From NCBI RefSeq assembly GCF_006345805.1, contig NW_021834264.1:1-50153 (forward strand): a stretch of DNA of 50,153 nt, in the 5' to 3' direction. Source of the DNA: Octopus sinensis. Taxonomy: Eukaryota. A program made the translations under genes and the position numbers. The notes beneath the pieces are model-generated. The model was not told the origin of the DNA, did no database searches, and saw only the letters and a list, made by a program, of their open reading frames with translations. Each line of letters starts with the position of its first letter. Position 1 is the first letter of the stretch. This document shows positions 11,394 to 23,867 of the stretch, one piece after another.

Positions 11394-13120
11394 TTACTTG
11401 TTGTCGAAAGTTTTGGCTTCCTCGTTCTTTGATGTGTCTTCGAGGAGGTTTCTATATAGTTTTTGGGACAGATATTTCTGGAAACCCCCTACAGCATTTG
11501 GGAAGAGGGCTTTGAGTTTGTGGTGTTGTGTTTGTGTGATGTGTAGTATTTTGATGTGTTTGGGTGGTGTAGTGCGTGGATGATTGCTATTTTTAAAGTC
11601 ATCTTCACAAATGTTTGTGTATCCTGTGATGTACTCCATATTAGTTTGGAGTCTTTTGTGTCTATCGCTGATAGCATTGTTTTTGTGGTGTTGGTGCTTG
11701 TTTTGTTGTTGTATGGAGTTTTCAGGGTTCAGGTATCTCCCTGCTTTGGTTGCGATTTCTTGTTTGGTTTTTCTTGATCTTTTTCTTTTACCCCCTGTGG
11801 CTATTTGCCATTCTGTCGAACTTTCATCGTTAGATGAAAAGTCTGACGAATCAGCAGGGGGCAAGGGTAAAGCGTCTGGGTGTGTTTGTGCGGTTGTAGA
11901 TATTGTTGTGGTGCGCGGGGAGGGTGTTGTGCTGGGGGTTTGTTGTGGTTATTGTCTCTCCTACATCCTTGGTGCTTGTCTTCTTCGTTGTTATTCTTGG
12001 TGTTGGAATTGGTTTATTTGTTGTTGGTGGTGATGATTCTGTTCTTGGCGCTGGTGTTGGTGTTGTTTGGTTGGGTTGGCTTGTTCTTTGTTGTTTTTCC
12101 TGCATTTCCGCATACAGCTTCTTGACTAGCTGTCCATATTGTGGTGTGGGCAATAATCCTGGCTTTTGTGATTTTTCCTGTGGCTGTTGTTGTTGTTGTA
12201 ATTTTGCGGCAGATTTGCACTCCTTTTTGAGGTGTGCCTCACTGCCACATGTATAGCATCGTGGCCTTCTGCCCTCGACTACTACGTATAACTTGCGGCC
12301 ATCCTCAAGATGTACGTGGGTGGGGATTTTATTTATCCTCTTGACTTATGTGGAAGAGGAACTCTATTCTCTTTCCCAGCCAGTCCTTGTTTTCCGAAAC
12401 ACCGATATCTAGGATGTTTATGTCCTCCATTTCGGATGTTAATGCGGATGTAATCCACAGTGTTGTAGTCACTTGGGGGACACCACTGATAATGACTTTC
12501 GTCACCTTCTGGCCGAGGTAACTCGGTGTCAACGTTAGTTCATCAGAATGAAGGGTTATCGTTGAGAATTTCTTCGCCAACTCTTCATTCTGAAAAACCA
12601 CCTGTACGTGTGCGAACTTGTTCGCCCAAGTCACACAATCCTTGTATCCCCAGATGGGGCGTAAGCACTTTTCGACTTTGTCTGTGCTTGCCTTTTCTGG
12701 ACTTTTTGTTTTTTATTTGTGATTTTATATACAATTGTCTTTTTTCTCCTCATTCAGTATGTGCTGAGGTATGTGTAAGAGTATTTTTCCGTTTTGATTT
12801 GTAATAAGGTTTCTGCAATCTTTAATCTGTTGTGTGGTAAACGAAACTTTTGTTACCTTTTCTTTTATCGCCTCGGCGAAGTTTGTTGTTGTTTTGTTAT
12901 TGTTGTTACTGCCGGTGTGTTTGGTGTTGATGGCAGGGGTGTGGGTTGTAGGTTTGTGGTTGCTGATTATGCAACTAGCAAGGGGTGGAAAATTGCCTGC
13001 GTAATTTAGTCCTGCATTAGCGCAAATTCGGCATTTCGTTTGCTTGTCGTCGTTATTTTTTCACTTGTTGGTGATGGAGTGAGCAGTGGTTGAAGGGAAT
13101 TGTTGTTGTCGTCGTCGTCG

Positions 13121-13164
<44 letters not shown>

Positions 13165-13516
13165 CTTGGTGACGGCGGTGGTGTTAGTAGTATTAGTAGC
13201 ATTGACGGCACGGTCTTTGGTGGCGGTGATGTTGGTATTGTTATTGGTGGCGACGTCTTTAGTAGGGATAGCAGTTTTAGTAGCAGATTCTGCCATGGTG
13301 TTGTTGTCGGTGTTGGTGGTGGTGGTGGTGGTGGACTCACTGATGGTGTTGACGGTGCTTGGCCTTGCGACCTTTGTTTTGTATTTGTTGCTGTTGTCGA
13401 TGTTGATGGTGGCGGAGTTGTCAGGTTCAGCGTAAGGTAACAGAGCATCCTGTTTTTCTGCTCTGCCTCTGCGTCACGCTGACTTGCACCTCAGCCTCGT
13501 GGTGACCAGTGGCCAT
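11394..13516 (-). pseudogene. Copy A ORF1 (Asn/Thr-rich N-terminus, RRM-like region, CCHC zinc knuckle), frameshifted as assembled
   Basis: ORF pieces 13006-13296, 12329-12634, 11851-12153, 11394-11864; RCYTCGSEAHLKKEC (CX2CX4HX4C) near 12217-12260; start at 13516 is tentative. Confidence 0.8.
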
Positions 13517-13734
13517 TTTGGAAATAAAATGGCTAAATGAAACCACGAAGGCTATGAGAATTTTTTCTTTTAAATTTTGCCCACAAGGGGCAAAATTTTG
13601 TGTAGATATTAATCAAGTTTGCAGTGGATGTTGTTGCACAACTTTTAAACACAAAATATTTCACAATAAACAATTTTCAACGTACAAAATGACCAACTTA
13701 CGTGGAGCCCATTTGACTAGCGTCCGTCCATGTC

Positions 13735-13784
13735 GATAGATAGATAGATAGGTAGGTAGGTAGGTAGGTAGGTAGGTAGGTAGG

Positions 13785-13865
<81 letters not shown>
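13735..13865. repeat. (TAGA)n(TAGG)n spacer between copies A and B
   Basis: Direct reading. Confidence 0.95.
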
Positions 13866-13866
<1 letters not shown>

Positions 13867-14389
13867 TGTTTCTTTATTAGCCACACAGGGCTGCACACAG
13901 ATAGAACAAATTACAAGGTAGAGCTTTTCTTTTGAAGGTTTAAAAAAAAAAAAAAGGAAGGGGGAGTTTCGATCAAAAGGGATCGTAAAAGGAGAGAAAG
14001 AGGAACAAAAAGGGGGGTTAAAAAAAAAAAAAAGCGGGAGAGGAAAAAAATTGATCAATAGGGATCGTTATCACAGAAATGTCAATATGAAGTGTAAAGG
14101 GAGGACAGGTGAGGTTTACCCGTGGAAAGAAAAGCTACGGAAAAGACCACGGTAACCTCGGTCAATGAAGTCACATTTTATATTTCTTTTTTTTTTTTTC
14201 TTTTTTTTTTTGCAATAAGCAACTCTCTGTTTCGATTTCTGGGTCATAGGACTATGCTCAAGGTGGCTTCGTCATTCATACGTGCCATTCTTGCTACATT
14301 CACCCATCTTTTTTTAAAACATTCGCTAGACAAAACTTGCTCTCTACTCTCACTTTCCTTTTCAAGTGGTACTTGAAGAAGTTGATGAG

Positions 14390-14393
<4 letters not shown>
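13866..14393 (-). mobile_element. Tx1-type LINE copy B, 5'-truncated (~0.53 kb)
   Basis: Last ORF2 codons ([13 protein letters not shown]...ATLSIVL*) plus 3' UTR; same 3' junction; 5' junction GAGAT|AGATAG. Confidence 0.95.
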
Positions 14394-14423
<30 letters not shown>

Positions 14424-14504
14424 GTAGGTAGGTAGGTAGGTAGGTAGGTAGGTAGGTAGATAGATAGATAGATAGATAGGTAGGTAGGTAGGTAGGTAGG
14501 TAGG

Positions 14505-14539
<35 letters not shown>

Positions 14540-14574
14540 GTAGGTAGGTAGGTAGGTAGGTAGGTAGATAGATC

Positions 14575-14619
<45 letters not shown>

Positions 14620-14677
14620 GTAGGTAGGTAGGTAGGTAGGTAGGTAGGTAGGTAGATAGATAGATAGATAGATAGAT
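14394..14677. repeat. Alternating (TAGA)n/(TAGG)n spacer
   Basis: Direct reading. Confidence 0.95.
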
Positions 14678-17600
14678 ATGTTTCTTTATTAGCCACACAG
14701 GGCTGCACACAGATAGAACAAATTACAAGGTAGAGCTTTTCTTTTGAAGGTTTAAAAAAAAAAAAAAAAGGGAAGGGGGAGTTTCGATCAAAAGGGATCG
14801 TAAAAGGAGTGAAAGAGGACAAAAAAAAAAAAAAAGGGGGGGGGTTAAAAAAAAAATAAATAAAATAAAAGGGGGAGAGGAAAAAAAATTGATCAATAGG
14901 GATCGTTATCACAGAAATGTCAATATGAAGTGTAAAGGGGAGGACAGGTGAGGTTACCCGTGGAAAGAAAAGCCTACGGAAAAGACCACGGTAACCTCGG
15001 TCAATGAAGTCACATTTTATATTTCTTTTTTTGTTTTTTTTGGTTTTTTTTGCAAATAAGCAACTCTCTGTTTTCGATTTCTGGGTTCATAGGACTATGC
15101 TCAAGGTGGCTTCGTCATTCATACGTGCCATTCTTGCTACATTCACCCATCTTTTTTTAAAACATTCGCTAGACAAAACTTGCCTCTCTACTCTCACTTT
15201 CCTTTTCAAGTGGTACTTGAAGAAGTTGATGAGAGATTGACCAGAGAGGAAAGTGTTTGTCTCCAATCCTTTCAGACGCGTCCACCAGATACATTCTTTC
15301 TTTCGCCATAGCCACAAGGATGATGAAAATAGCTCTTCTCTTCGTTTTCCAGGAAGGAGGCGTGACAATATTGACGATAGACTCAGCTGATAACCGACTC
15401 GTCCCACACGTGACAGCAGTTGTTCGACATAAGCCCACAGGTCGGAAATTGTTGGACACTGAACGAGTGCGTGCAGAACGGTTTCGTCGCTCTGACCGCA
15501 ATCTCGGGCAGGTCGGCCCCGTGTTTCTCGAGCCGTGTCTGTAGAGCTTATCCCGAACGGGTAGCGCTTCTCGGTAGCACTGCCAGGCCAGGGATCTCTG
15601 GAAGTTGTCCATGGGCCCTGGCCCGAAAGTCGTCCCGAACAGGCGGGTCAGGTGCTCCTCGTCGATGTCCAGGTTCGCCCCGAGCTCGTCGTCGTACCTC
15701 CCCTCCACTAACCCCTATAGAATGCTTTGGTTGTGTTGAAGTCACTTAAGGTCGACCCAGGACGGCAGAGTTGCTTGAGAGCAACGCGACACTCGCGGTG
15801 CCATTCGCCCTTCCTCGGCCTCTTTTTGATCCACGACTGCAGTTCGGTCATGGAGACGAGCTGCGGGAAAGCGTGCCTCACAAACGGCGACCACACCTGT
15901 TCACCGTCGTCTACATAGAGCCAGAGATGTCGCAGTCTCAGCGCGTGTCTGCGCATCATCAACCACGGCATGCCCAGCCCTCCTTTTAACGGGTGTTGAC
16001 AGCAAATGGATCGCCTGACCATCGGGTCGCATCCTTTCCACAAGAAGCGAAAGAGGATGCGTTGTAGTTTGGTGATGGTAGGGTCGGGACAAGGTACGAC
16101 GGTCAGGCGGTAGTAGATGACGGACGCGATGTACGTGTTCGCCACCTCCGCTCGACCTTTTAGGGACAGTTTCCTCCCTCGGCCCATTGCCGGCGAGAGT
16201 GACCACCCTACTCGTTATCTCGTTCCAGTTCTTCTTCACTTGGAGGTCCGGACCGAACCAGACCCCGAGCAACTCAACCGGGCCGTCGGTCCAGCGTCCA
16301 CGACGGAGGCGCTGGTGGACAGCATGGGCTTGCTTCTCCAGGTGCCTAGTCGCAAGCCCACTGACTTTTCCCGGTTGATTTTCGCTCCTGTCACCGCTTC
16401 GTAGTTTTTCAGTGTCTCGCCGACCAGCTCGATGTGCTCGTGGCTAGACACTATGACGGTGACGTCGTCCGCCGCGTATGCAGACACGCTCGTCCCGCAT
16501 CCCAATTCTCGCGGATGCCCCTTAGAGTCGCCAGCTTCCGCAGTAGTGGCTCAAGAGTCAATACGTATAGAAGCGCCGCCGAGAGGGGGCATCCCTGACG
16601 GACCGAACGTGCAATGTCGAAAGGTCTCGATAGATGTCCATTTACGCGAATTACCGAACGGATGCCTCTGTACAAGGCAGCTATCCAGCCGCGGAAGACG
16701 GGACCGAAACCAGCCGCTCTCAGGACTGCCTCCAAGTATCGATGGTCTACCCTATCAAAGGCTTTCGATTGATCCAAGTTGATCAGGGCCCCACCCATGC
16801 CAGGTTCGTTAACTACCCTGTCTATGATGTAGCGCATCAGATGGAGGTTGTCATGGATGGTCCGGCCTGGCACGGCGCATGTTTGCGCCTTGTCGACCAG
16901 TTTCTCGATGACAAGCGCCAACCTCTTGGCTAGCACCTTGGCCAAAATTTTCAAGTCTGCATTGAGCAGAGTGATGGCCTAAAGTTATCTATTACATTTC
17001 CCTTGTTTAGATCTTTCTTCAGCTTGTGTTACGGCTCCTCGGCTCACAAAACCAGGAATGCTCCCGTTTTGCTGCTGCCAGTTGCAGTACACCGCCGCCA
17101 AGAGATCTCCAAACAAGTCTGGCATACAATTGTAAAGCTCGTAGGGTAGACCATCCAAACCCGGTGATTTGTCCCTCGAGCATTCTGCCATCACTTCCCG
17201 CACTTCCGCCGCCGTGATGGCACTTTCGCAGCACCCTGCCTTTCTTGTCGAGAGTCGTGGTAGGCTATGTAGGTAGGCACTGAAGTCACCCTACGTTCTT
17301 GCCCTCCACTCGTTCCGAACAGTCGGGCAAAATGCTGCTGAAAGGCCTCACACATTTTACTTGGCTCGAGCAATTCGCGCCCCTGTTCATCTACCAGTGA
17401 CCGAATGGTGGCTTTGTTGCCCTGTTGCGCCTCTGCCACCCGGGCCTCTCTCGCGGCGGCTCCAACACCTTCGTTCCTTAGAGCACGCATCCTAGCTCTG
17501 ACAGCACATCCTTCGTGTTTGGCGTTGAAGTGTTGGTCGAGGGCCAACCTCGCCGCCAAAACGTCGGATGCGATGCCGCTTCTAATTGCCTCTTCTAGAT

Positions 17601-18585
17601 TCTTAACTAGCTCACCCTCTACTCTATTTCTATCTATGGCTAGTGCTTTGCTGTACCTAATCGCTTCTGCTTTTACTGCTCTCTTGAGGGCAAACCACCA
17701 TTTGTTGTTGATGATGGCTCCCGTCAAAGCCCTCTTTACTAGTGTGCTAATCCTCTCTGAAAACTTGTCTCGATGGGAAAGACGCGTTTAGTTTCCAGTA
17801 TCCGGGACCCTGCCTAAGTGTCTTACCTAAGTCTAGCGTACATGTCACAAGTTTGTGATCCGTGTAGCTGACTATGTGGAATTGTGGACATCTTATGCTA
17901 TCTCTATCTACTGTCCTACACAGTATCCTATCTAGATACGATCTCGACGACCCGATGCGGTTGCTCCATGTCCACGTTGGCGCATTCGGGTGGTCTAGTC
18001 GGAACCTGTCAGACAGTTGAAAGCGTCTGAGCAGGTCTCTGAGGCATTTGCATCCCCGTCTATTCCTATCTCTACCCACGTAGTCTACATGCGTGTCCAA
18101 GGGAGCATTCCAATCCCCCACTAAGAGTAAAGGACGAGACGTTCCCAAGAAAACTTCTAGACGTTGAAAGAAATCCGCCCGACCTGTTAAGGGCGGTGCG
18201 TAGACTGATACGAGTCGAAAAGCGCACCCATTGCTGCCGTCGACATCCAGGACGACCAGTCTACCCTCCGGGTCTACGAATATTGTCCTTACATTGAGAT
18301 CCAGACTCTTGTGTAAAAGTACCGCGGTGCCACTACCGCCCATTCTCGGCAGACAGGGGGAAAAATAAATGTTGAACTGTCCGCCAAACATGGTCTTTAG
18401 GGCCCGCGGATTGTGGAGTCTGGTCTCGCTTATGGCTATGATTTCTAACTTATGTGACTTTATGTCATTTAAGAGGTACCCTTGTTTCCAAGGGGACCCC
18501 AAGCCACGCGCATTTACACAACCAATCTTGATCATAGTTCTAATGAATTAGAATACAGAGGGTTACTTACTGTACAGAGGGTTAC
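14678..18585 (-). mobile_element. Tx1-type LINE copy C (~3.9 kb): whole ORF2, truncated at the ORF1 stop
   Basis: 262-aa uninterrupted endonuclease ORF 17747-18535 ([12 protein letters not shown]); RT and CCHC in frameshifted pieces ending at 15087; same 3' junction. Confidence 0.95.
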
Positions 18586-18616
<31 letters not shown>

Positions 18617-18645
18617 GTAGGTAGGTAGGTAGGTAGGTAGGTAGG

Positions 18646-18682
<37 letters not shown>

Positions 18683-18683
18683 C

Positions 18684-18728
<45 letters not shown>

Positions 18729-18829
18729 GTAGGTAGGTAGGTAGGTAGGTAGATAGATAGATCGATAGATAGATAGATAGATAGATAGATAGGTAGGTAG
18801 GTAGGTAGGTAGGTAGGTAGGTAGGTAGG

Positions 18830-18868
<39 letters not shown>

Positions 18869-18897
18869 GTAGGTAGGTAGGTAGGTAGGTAGGTAGG

Positions 18898-18956
<59 letters not shown>

Positions 18957-19003
18957 GTAGGTAGGTAGGTAGGTAGGTAGGTAGATAGATAGATCGATAG
19001 ATC

Positions 19004-19040
<37 letters not shown>

Positions 19041-19075
19041 GTAGGTAGGTAGGTAGGTAGGTAGATAGATAGATC

Positions 19076-19124
<49 letters not shown>

Positions 19125-19166
19125 GTAGGTAGGTAGGTAGGTAGGTAGGTAGGTAGATAGATAGAC

Positions 19167-19219
<53 letters not shown>

Positions 19220-19226
19220 TAGAGAT
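18586..19226. repeat. 640-bp higher-order (TAGA)n/(TAGG)n spacer with TCGA variants
   Basis: About six TAGA/TAGG alternations; GATCGATA variant recurs. Confidence 0.95.
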
Positions 19227-19549
19227 ATGTTTCTTTATTAGCCACACAGGGCTGCACCACAGATAGAACAAATTACAAGGTAGAGCTTTTCTTTTGAAGG
19301 TTTAAAAAAAAAAAAAAAAAAAAGGAAGGGGGAGTTTTCGATCAAAGGGATCGTAAAGGAGAGAAAGAGGACAAAAAAAGGGGGGTTAAAAAAAAAAAAA
19401 AAAAGGGGGGAGGAAAAAAAATTGATCAATAGGGATCGTTATCACAGAAATGTCAATATGAAGTGTAAAGGGGAGGACAGGTGAGGTTTACCCGTGGAAA
19501 GAAAAGCCTACGGAAAAGACCACGGTAACCTCGGTCAATGAAGTCATTT

Positions 19550-19583
<34 letters not shown>

Positions 19584-20956
19584 AAATAAGCAACTCTCTG
19601 TTTTCGATTTCTGGGTTCATAGGACTATGCTCAAGGTGGCTTCGTCATTCATACGTGCCATTCTTGCTACATTCACCCATCTTTTTTTAAAAACATTCGC
19701 TAGACAAAACTTGCCTCTCTACTCTCACTTTCCTTTTCAAGTGGTACTTGAAGAAGTTGATGAGAGATTGACCAGAGAGGAAAGTGTTTGTCTCCAATCC
19801 TTTCAGACGCGTCCACCAGATACATTCTTTCGCCATAGCCACAAGGATGATGAAAATAGCTCTTCCTTCCCGTTTGAAGGAAGGAGGCGTGACAATATTG
19901 ACGATAGACTCAGCTGATAAACCGACTCGTCCCACACGTGACAGCAGTTGTTCGACATAAGCCCACAGGTCGGAAATTGTTGGACACTGAACGAGTGCGT
20001 GCAGAACAGTTTCGTCGCTCTGACCGCATCTCGGGCAGGTCGGCCCCGTGTTTCTCGAGCCGTGTCTGTAGAGCTTATCCCGAACGGGTAGCGCTTCTCG
20101 TAGCCTGCCAGGCGGCCAGGGATCTCTGGAAGTTGTCCATGGGCCCTGGCCCGAAAGTCGTCCCGAACAGGCGGTCAGGTACTCCTCGTCGACGTCCAGG
20201 TTCGCCCCGAGCTCGTCGTCGTACCTCCCCTCCACTAAACCCCTATAGAATGCTTTGGTTGTGTTGAAGTCACTTAAGGTCGACCCAGGACGGCAGAGTT
20301 GCTTGAGAGCAACGCGACACTCGCGGTGCCATTCGCCCTTCCTCGGCCTCTTTTTGATCCACGACTGCAGTTCGGTCATGAGACGAGCTGCGGGAAAGCG
20401 TGCCTCACAAACGGCGACCACACCTGTTCACCGTCGTCTACATAGAGCCGGAGATGTCGCAGTCTCAGCGCGTGTCTGCGCATCATCAACCACGGCATGC
20501 CCAGTCCTCCTTTTAACGGGTGTTGACAGCAAATGGATCGCCTGACCATCGGGACGCATCCTTTCCACAAGAAGCGAAAGAGGATGCGTTGTAGTTTGGT
20601 GATGGTAGGGTCGGGACAAGGTACGGCGGTCAGGCGGTAGTAGATGATTGACGCGACGTAGTGTTCGCCACCTCCGCTCGACCTTTTAGGGACAGTTTCC
20701 TCCGGCCCATTGCCGGCGAGAGTGACCACCCTACTCGTTATCTCGTTCCAGTTCTTCTCCACTTGGAGGTCCGGACCAAACCAGACCCCGAGCAACTCAA
20801 CCGGGCCGTCGGTCCAGCGTCCCACGACGGAGGCGCTGGTGGACGGCATGGGCTTGCTTCTCCAGGTGCCTAGTCGCAAGCCCACTGACTTTTCCCGGTT
20901 GATTTTCGCTCCTGTCACCGCTTCGTAGTTTTTCAGTGTCTCGCCGACCAGCTCGA
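19227..20956 (-). mobile_element. Tx1-type LINE copy D, 5'-truncated in RT (~1.73 kb)
   Basis: ORFs 20376-21035 and 19687-20421; near-identical to copy C; same 3' junction. Confidence 0.95.
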
Positions 20957-20967
20957 GATAGATAGAC

Positions 20968-21018
<51 letters not shown>

Positions 21019-21026
21019 TAGACAGA
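20957..21026. repeat. (TAGA)n(CAGA)n, right flank of the nest
   Basis: Direct reading. Confidence 0.95.
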
Positions 21027-21604
21027 CCAATTCAATGCTTATGATTCAATATCTTCCACACCATACACGCATCCTTTCCTGTTCGTTCTTTTGTTATCAA
21101 TAACAATGTTACAGCACCAAACGGCTTCCATACGTCCGTGTGTTAGACCGTATACTTAAGCATTTATAAAGCTACTGATAAGTCAGTTATCTCGTCTGTC
21201 ATTTTAGCTTTTGCTAGTCTCATTATTCCGTCTCTATTTTCATACGATGTACATTCTTTCTAGACTTCATAATTCCCAATCTAATCGTCCCATTCTTTAT
21301 ACATAATTTACTCTACGTCTATCTATTAATAAACTTTATATCTCCTTTATTGTCTACTTTCAGGTTCCAGTAACTTAACCAGTCTCGAGAAATTATATCT
21401 CATTATATTTATATTATACTTGCTAACTATGTAAATGCCTGAAGCTGGACGGACTAAATTGTCTTTATTTACTAAACTGATAGCCTTTCGAACCCCATCA
21501 GTTATAAAATAAGTGTACGCAAACATTATTGTTTCAGGTTGTCTTCACCCTCGGCTGAAAATTTTAACCCTTTCGAACATCGGCAAAAGAATATTTTATA
21601 TTGA

Positions 21605-22070
21605 CTGCCTGTGGTTGTGTGGTAAGAAGCTACATTCTCAATCACATGGTTCTGGGTTCAATCCTATTGCGTGGCACCTTGTGCAAGTGTCTTCTGCTTT
21701 AGCCTCGGGCCGACAAAAGCTGTGTGAGTGGGAGACGGATCCTGAAAGAAGCCCGTCGTAAATATGTGTGTGTGTGTGGATGTTTCTCTGTGTGTGTGGT
21801 GTGTGTGTGTGTGTGTGTACGTATGTAGTTATGTGTGTTTGTCTTTGTGGCTGTGTTTGTCGTCCCATCATTGCTTGATAACCGACGCTGGTAAGCTTTG
21901 TCCCCGTAAATTAGCGGTTCAGCAAAAGGGACCGATAGAATAAGTACTAAGCTTACAAAGAATAAGTCCTGGGGGTCTATTTCTTCGACTATAACCATTT
22001 AAGGCGGTGCTCCAACATGGCCGCAGTAAAATGACTGAAACAAGTAAGAGAATAAAAGAATAAAAAGAAA
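21605..22070 (+). mobile_element. SINE family A, diverged
   Basis: Head TGGTTGTGTGGTAAG, CORE-like GTGGCACCTTGTGCAAGTG, internal (TG)n, tail. Confidence 0.85.
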
Positions 22071-22199
22071 TATTTATGTAAACTTCGTAAGCAGTCGAAA
22101 GGAGGTAATTCGAAAATTTCAGCCTTGCTCAATGGCTATCAAACCTGGCTAGAGCGACCTGAACCCTTTCCGTGTATGAAGTAGTTTCAAGAAAATTTA

Positions 22200-22405
22200 A
22201 TGCGATGCCGCTTCTTATTGCCTCTTCTAACATCTTAACTAACTCACCCTCTACTCTGTTTCTATCTACGGCTAGTGCTTTGCTATATCTAATTGCTTCC
22301 GCTTTTACTGCTCTCTTGAGGGTGAACCACCATTTGTTGTTGACGATGGCTCCCGTTAAATCCCTCTTTACTAACGTGCTGATTCGGTCTCTGAAAACCT
22401 GTCTT
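22200..22405 (-). mobile_element. Tx1-type LINE fragment E (diverged), 5' junction in (TAGA)n
   Basis: Homologous to copy A ~10370-10575 (post-endonuclease linker) with many substitutions; 3' part missing. Confidence 0.9.
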
Positions 22406-22711
<306 letters not shown>

Positions 22712-22790
22712 CAATTCAATGCTTATGATTCAATATCTTCCACATCATACACGCACCCTTTGCTGTTCGTTCTTTTATTATTTATAACAA

Positions 22791-23207
22791 GGCGTAGGAG
22801 TGGCTGTGTGGTAAGTAGCTTGCTTACCAACCACATGGTTCCAGGTTCAGTCCCACTCCGTGGCACCTTGGGCAAGTGTCTTCTGCTATAGCCCCGGGAC
22901 GACCAAAGCCGTGTGAGTGGATTTGGTAGACGGAAACTGAAAGAAGCCTGTCGTATATATGTATATAAATATATACATGCGTGTATGTGTGTCTTTGTGT
23001 GTTTGTGTTTGTCCCCCCCCCCAACATCGCTTGACAACCGATGCTGGTGTGTTTATGTCCCCGTAACTTAGCGGTTCGGCAAAAGAGACCGATAGAATAA
23101 GTACTAGGCTTACAAAAAATAAGTACTGGGGTCGAATTGCTCGACTAAAGGCGGTGCTCCAACATGGCCGCAGTCAAATGACTGAAACAAGTAAAAGAGT
23201 AAAAGAG
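22791..23207 (+). mobile_element. SINE family A, full length
   Basis: GGCGTAGGAGTGGCTGTGTGGTAAG...GGTTCAGTCCC head; CCTTGGGCAAGTG CORE-like block; tail (GTAAAAGA)n. Confidence 0.92.
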
Positions 23208-23471
23208 AATGTTACAGCACCAGTGACCTCAGTAAATTGAGAAGTGAAACTAATGAATACAAAACAGTTGTTATCTGAAATAAAGTGTCTTGGGGTCCCT
23301 GAGAGAGGTTTGCCTTATGTCAAGTATACTTCTGTCATCAAAGCTAGTTCTTTGTGAAAGTGTAACGTCCTGATCAGGAAACTGTTGATCTCTGTTCTGC
23401 ACAAACATTTTTCAGCCTCCTCTTTCACCTCTTCTTCATTATTTTCCTAATACCATGTAATTTTTCGAACA

Positions 23472-23867
23472 ACTCTATGGATGGAAGCACTCCGTCGGTT
23501 ACGACGACGAGGGTTCCGGTTGATCGGAATCAACGGAACAGCCTGCTCGTGAAATTAACGTGTAAGTGGCTGAGCACTCCACAGACACGTGTACCCTTAA
23601 CGTAGCTCTCGGGGATATTCAGCGTGACACAGAGAGTGACAAGGCCGGCCCTTTGAAATACAGGTACAACAGAAACAGGAAGTAAGAGTGAGAGAAAGTT
23701 GTGGTGAAAGAGTACAGCAGGGATCACCACCATCCCCTGCCGGAGCCTCGTGGAGCTTTTAGGTGTTTTCGCTCAATAAACACTCACAACGCCCGGTCTG
23801 GGAATCGAAACTGCGATCCTATGACCGTGAGTCCGCTGCCCTAACCACTGGGCCATTGCGCCTCCAC
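23472..23867 (-). mobile_element. SINE family B flanked by ~155-bp direct repeats
   Basis: Head GGAGGCGCAATGGCCCAGTGGTTAGG; direct repeats at 23316-23471 and 23868-24022. Confidence 0.9.

Larger units (their letters stand above)
7486..13734 (-). mobile_element. Full-length L1/Tx1-clade LINE, copy A (~6.25 kb)
   Basis: 5' UTR, ORF1, ORF2 (APE-RT-CCHC) and 3' UTR ending AATAAAGAAACAT; both ends abut (TAGA)n; no poly(A) tail. Confidence 0.95.

Noticed and set aside
13735-13865. (TAGG)n as telomeric repeat
   Set aside because: Tetramer TAGG, not TTAGGG; interleaved with TAGA.
23300-23460. Possible host exon on the minus strand (ENNEEEVKEEAEK...)
   Set aside because: The duplicate at 23868-24022 differs by a frameshifting indel and has a stop; no recognisable domain.
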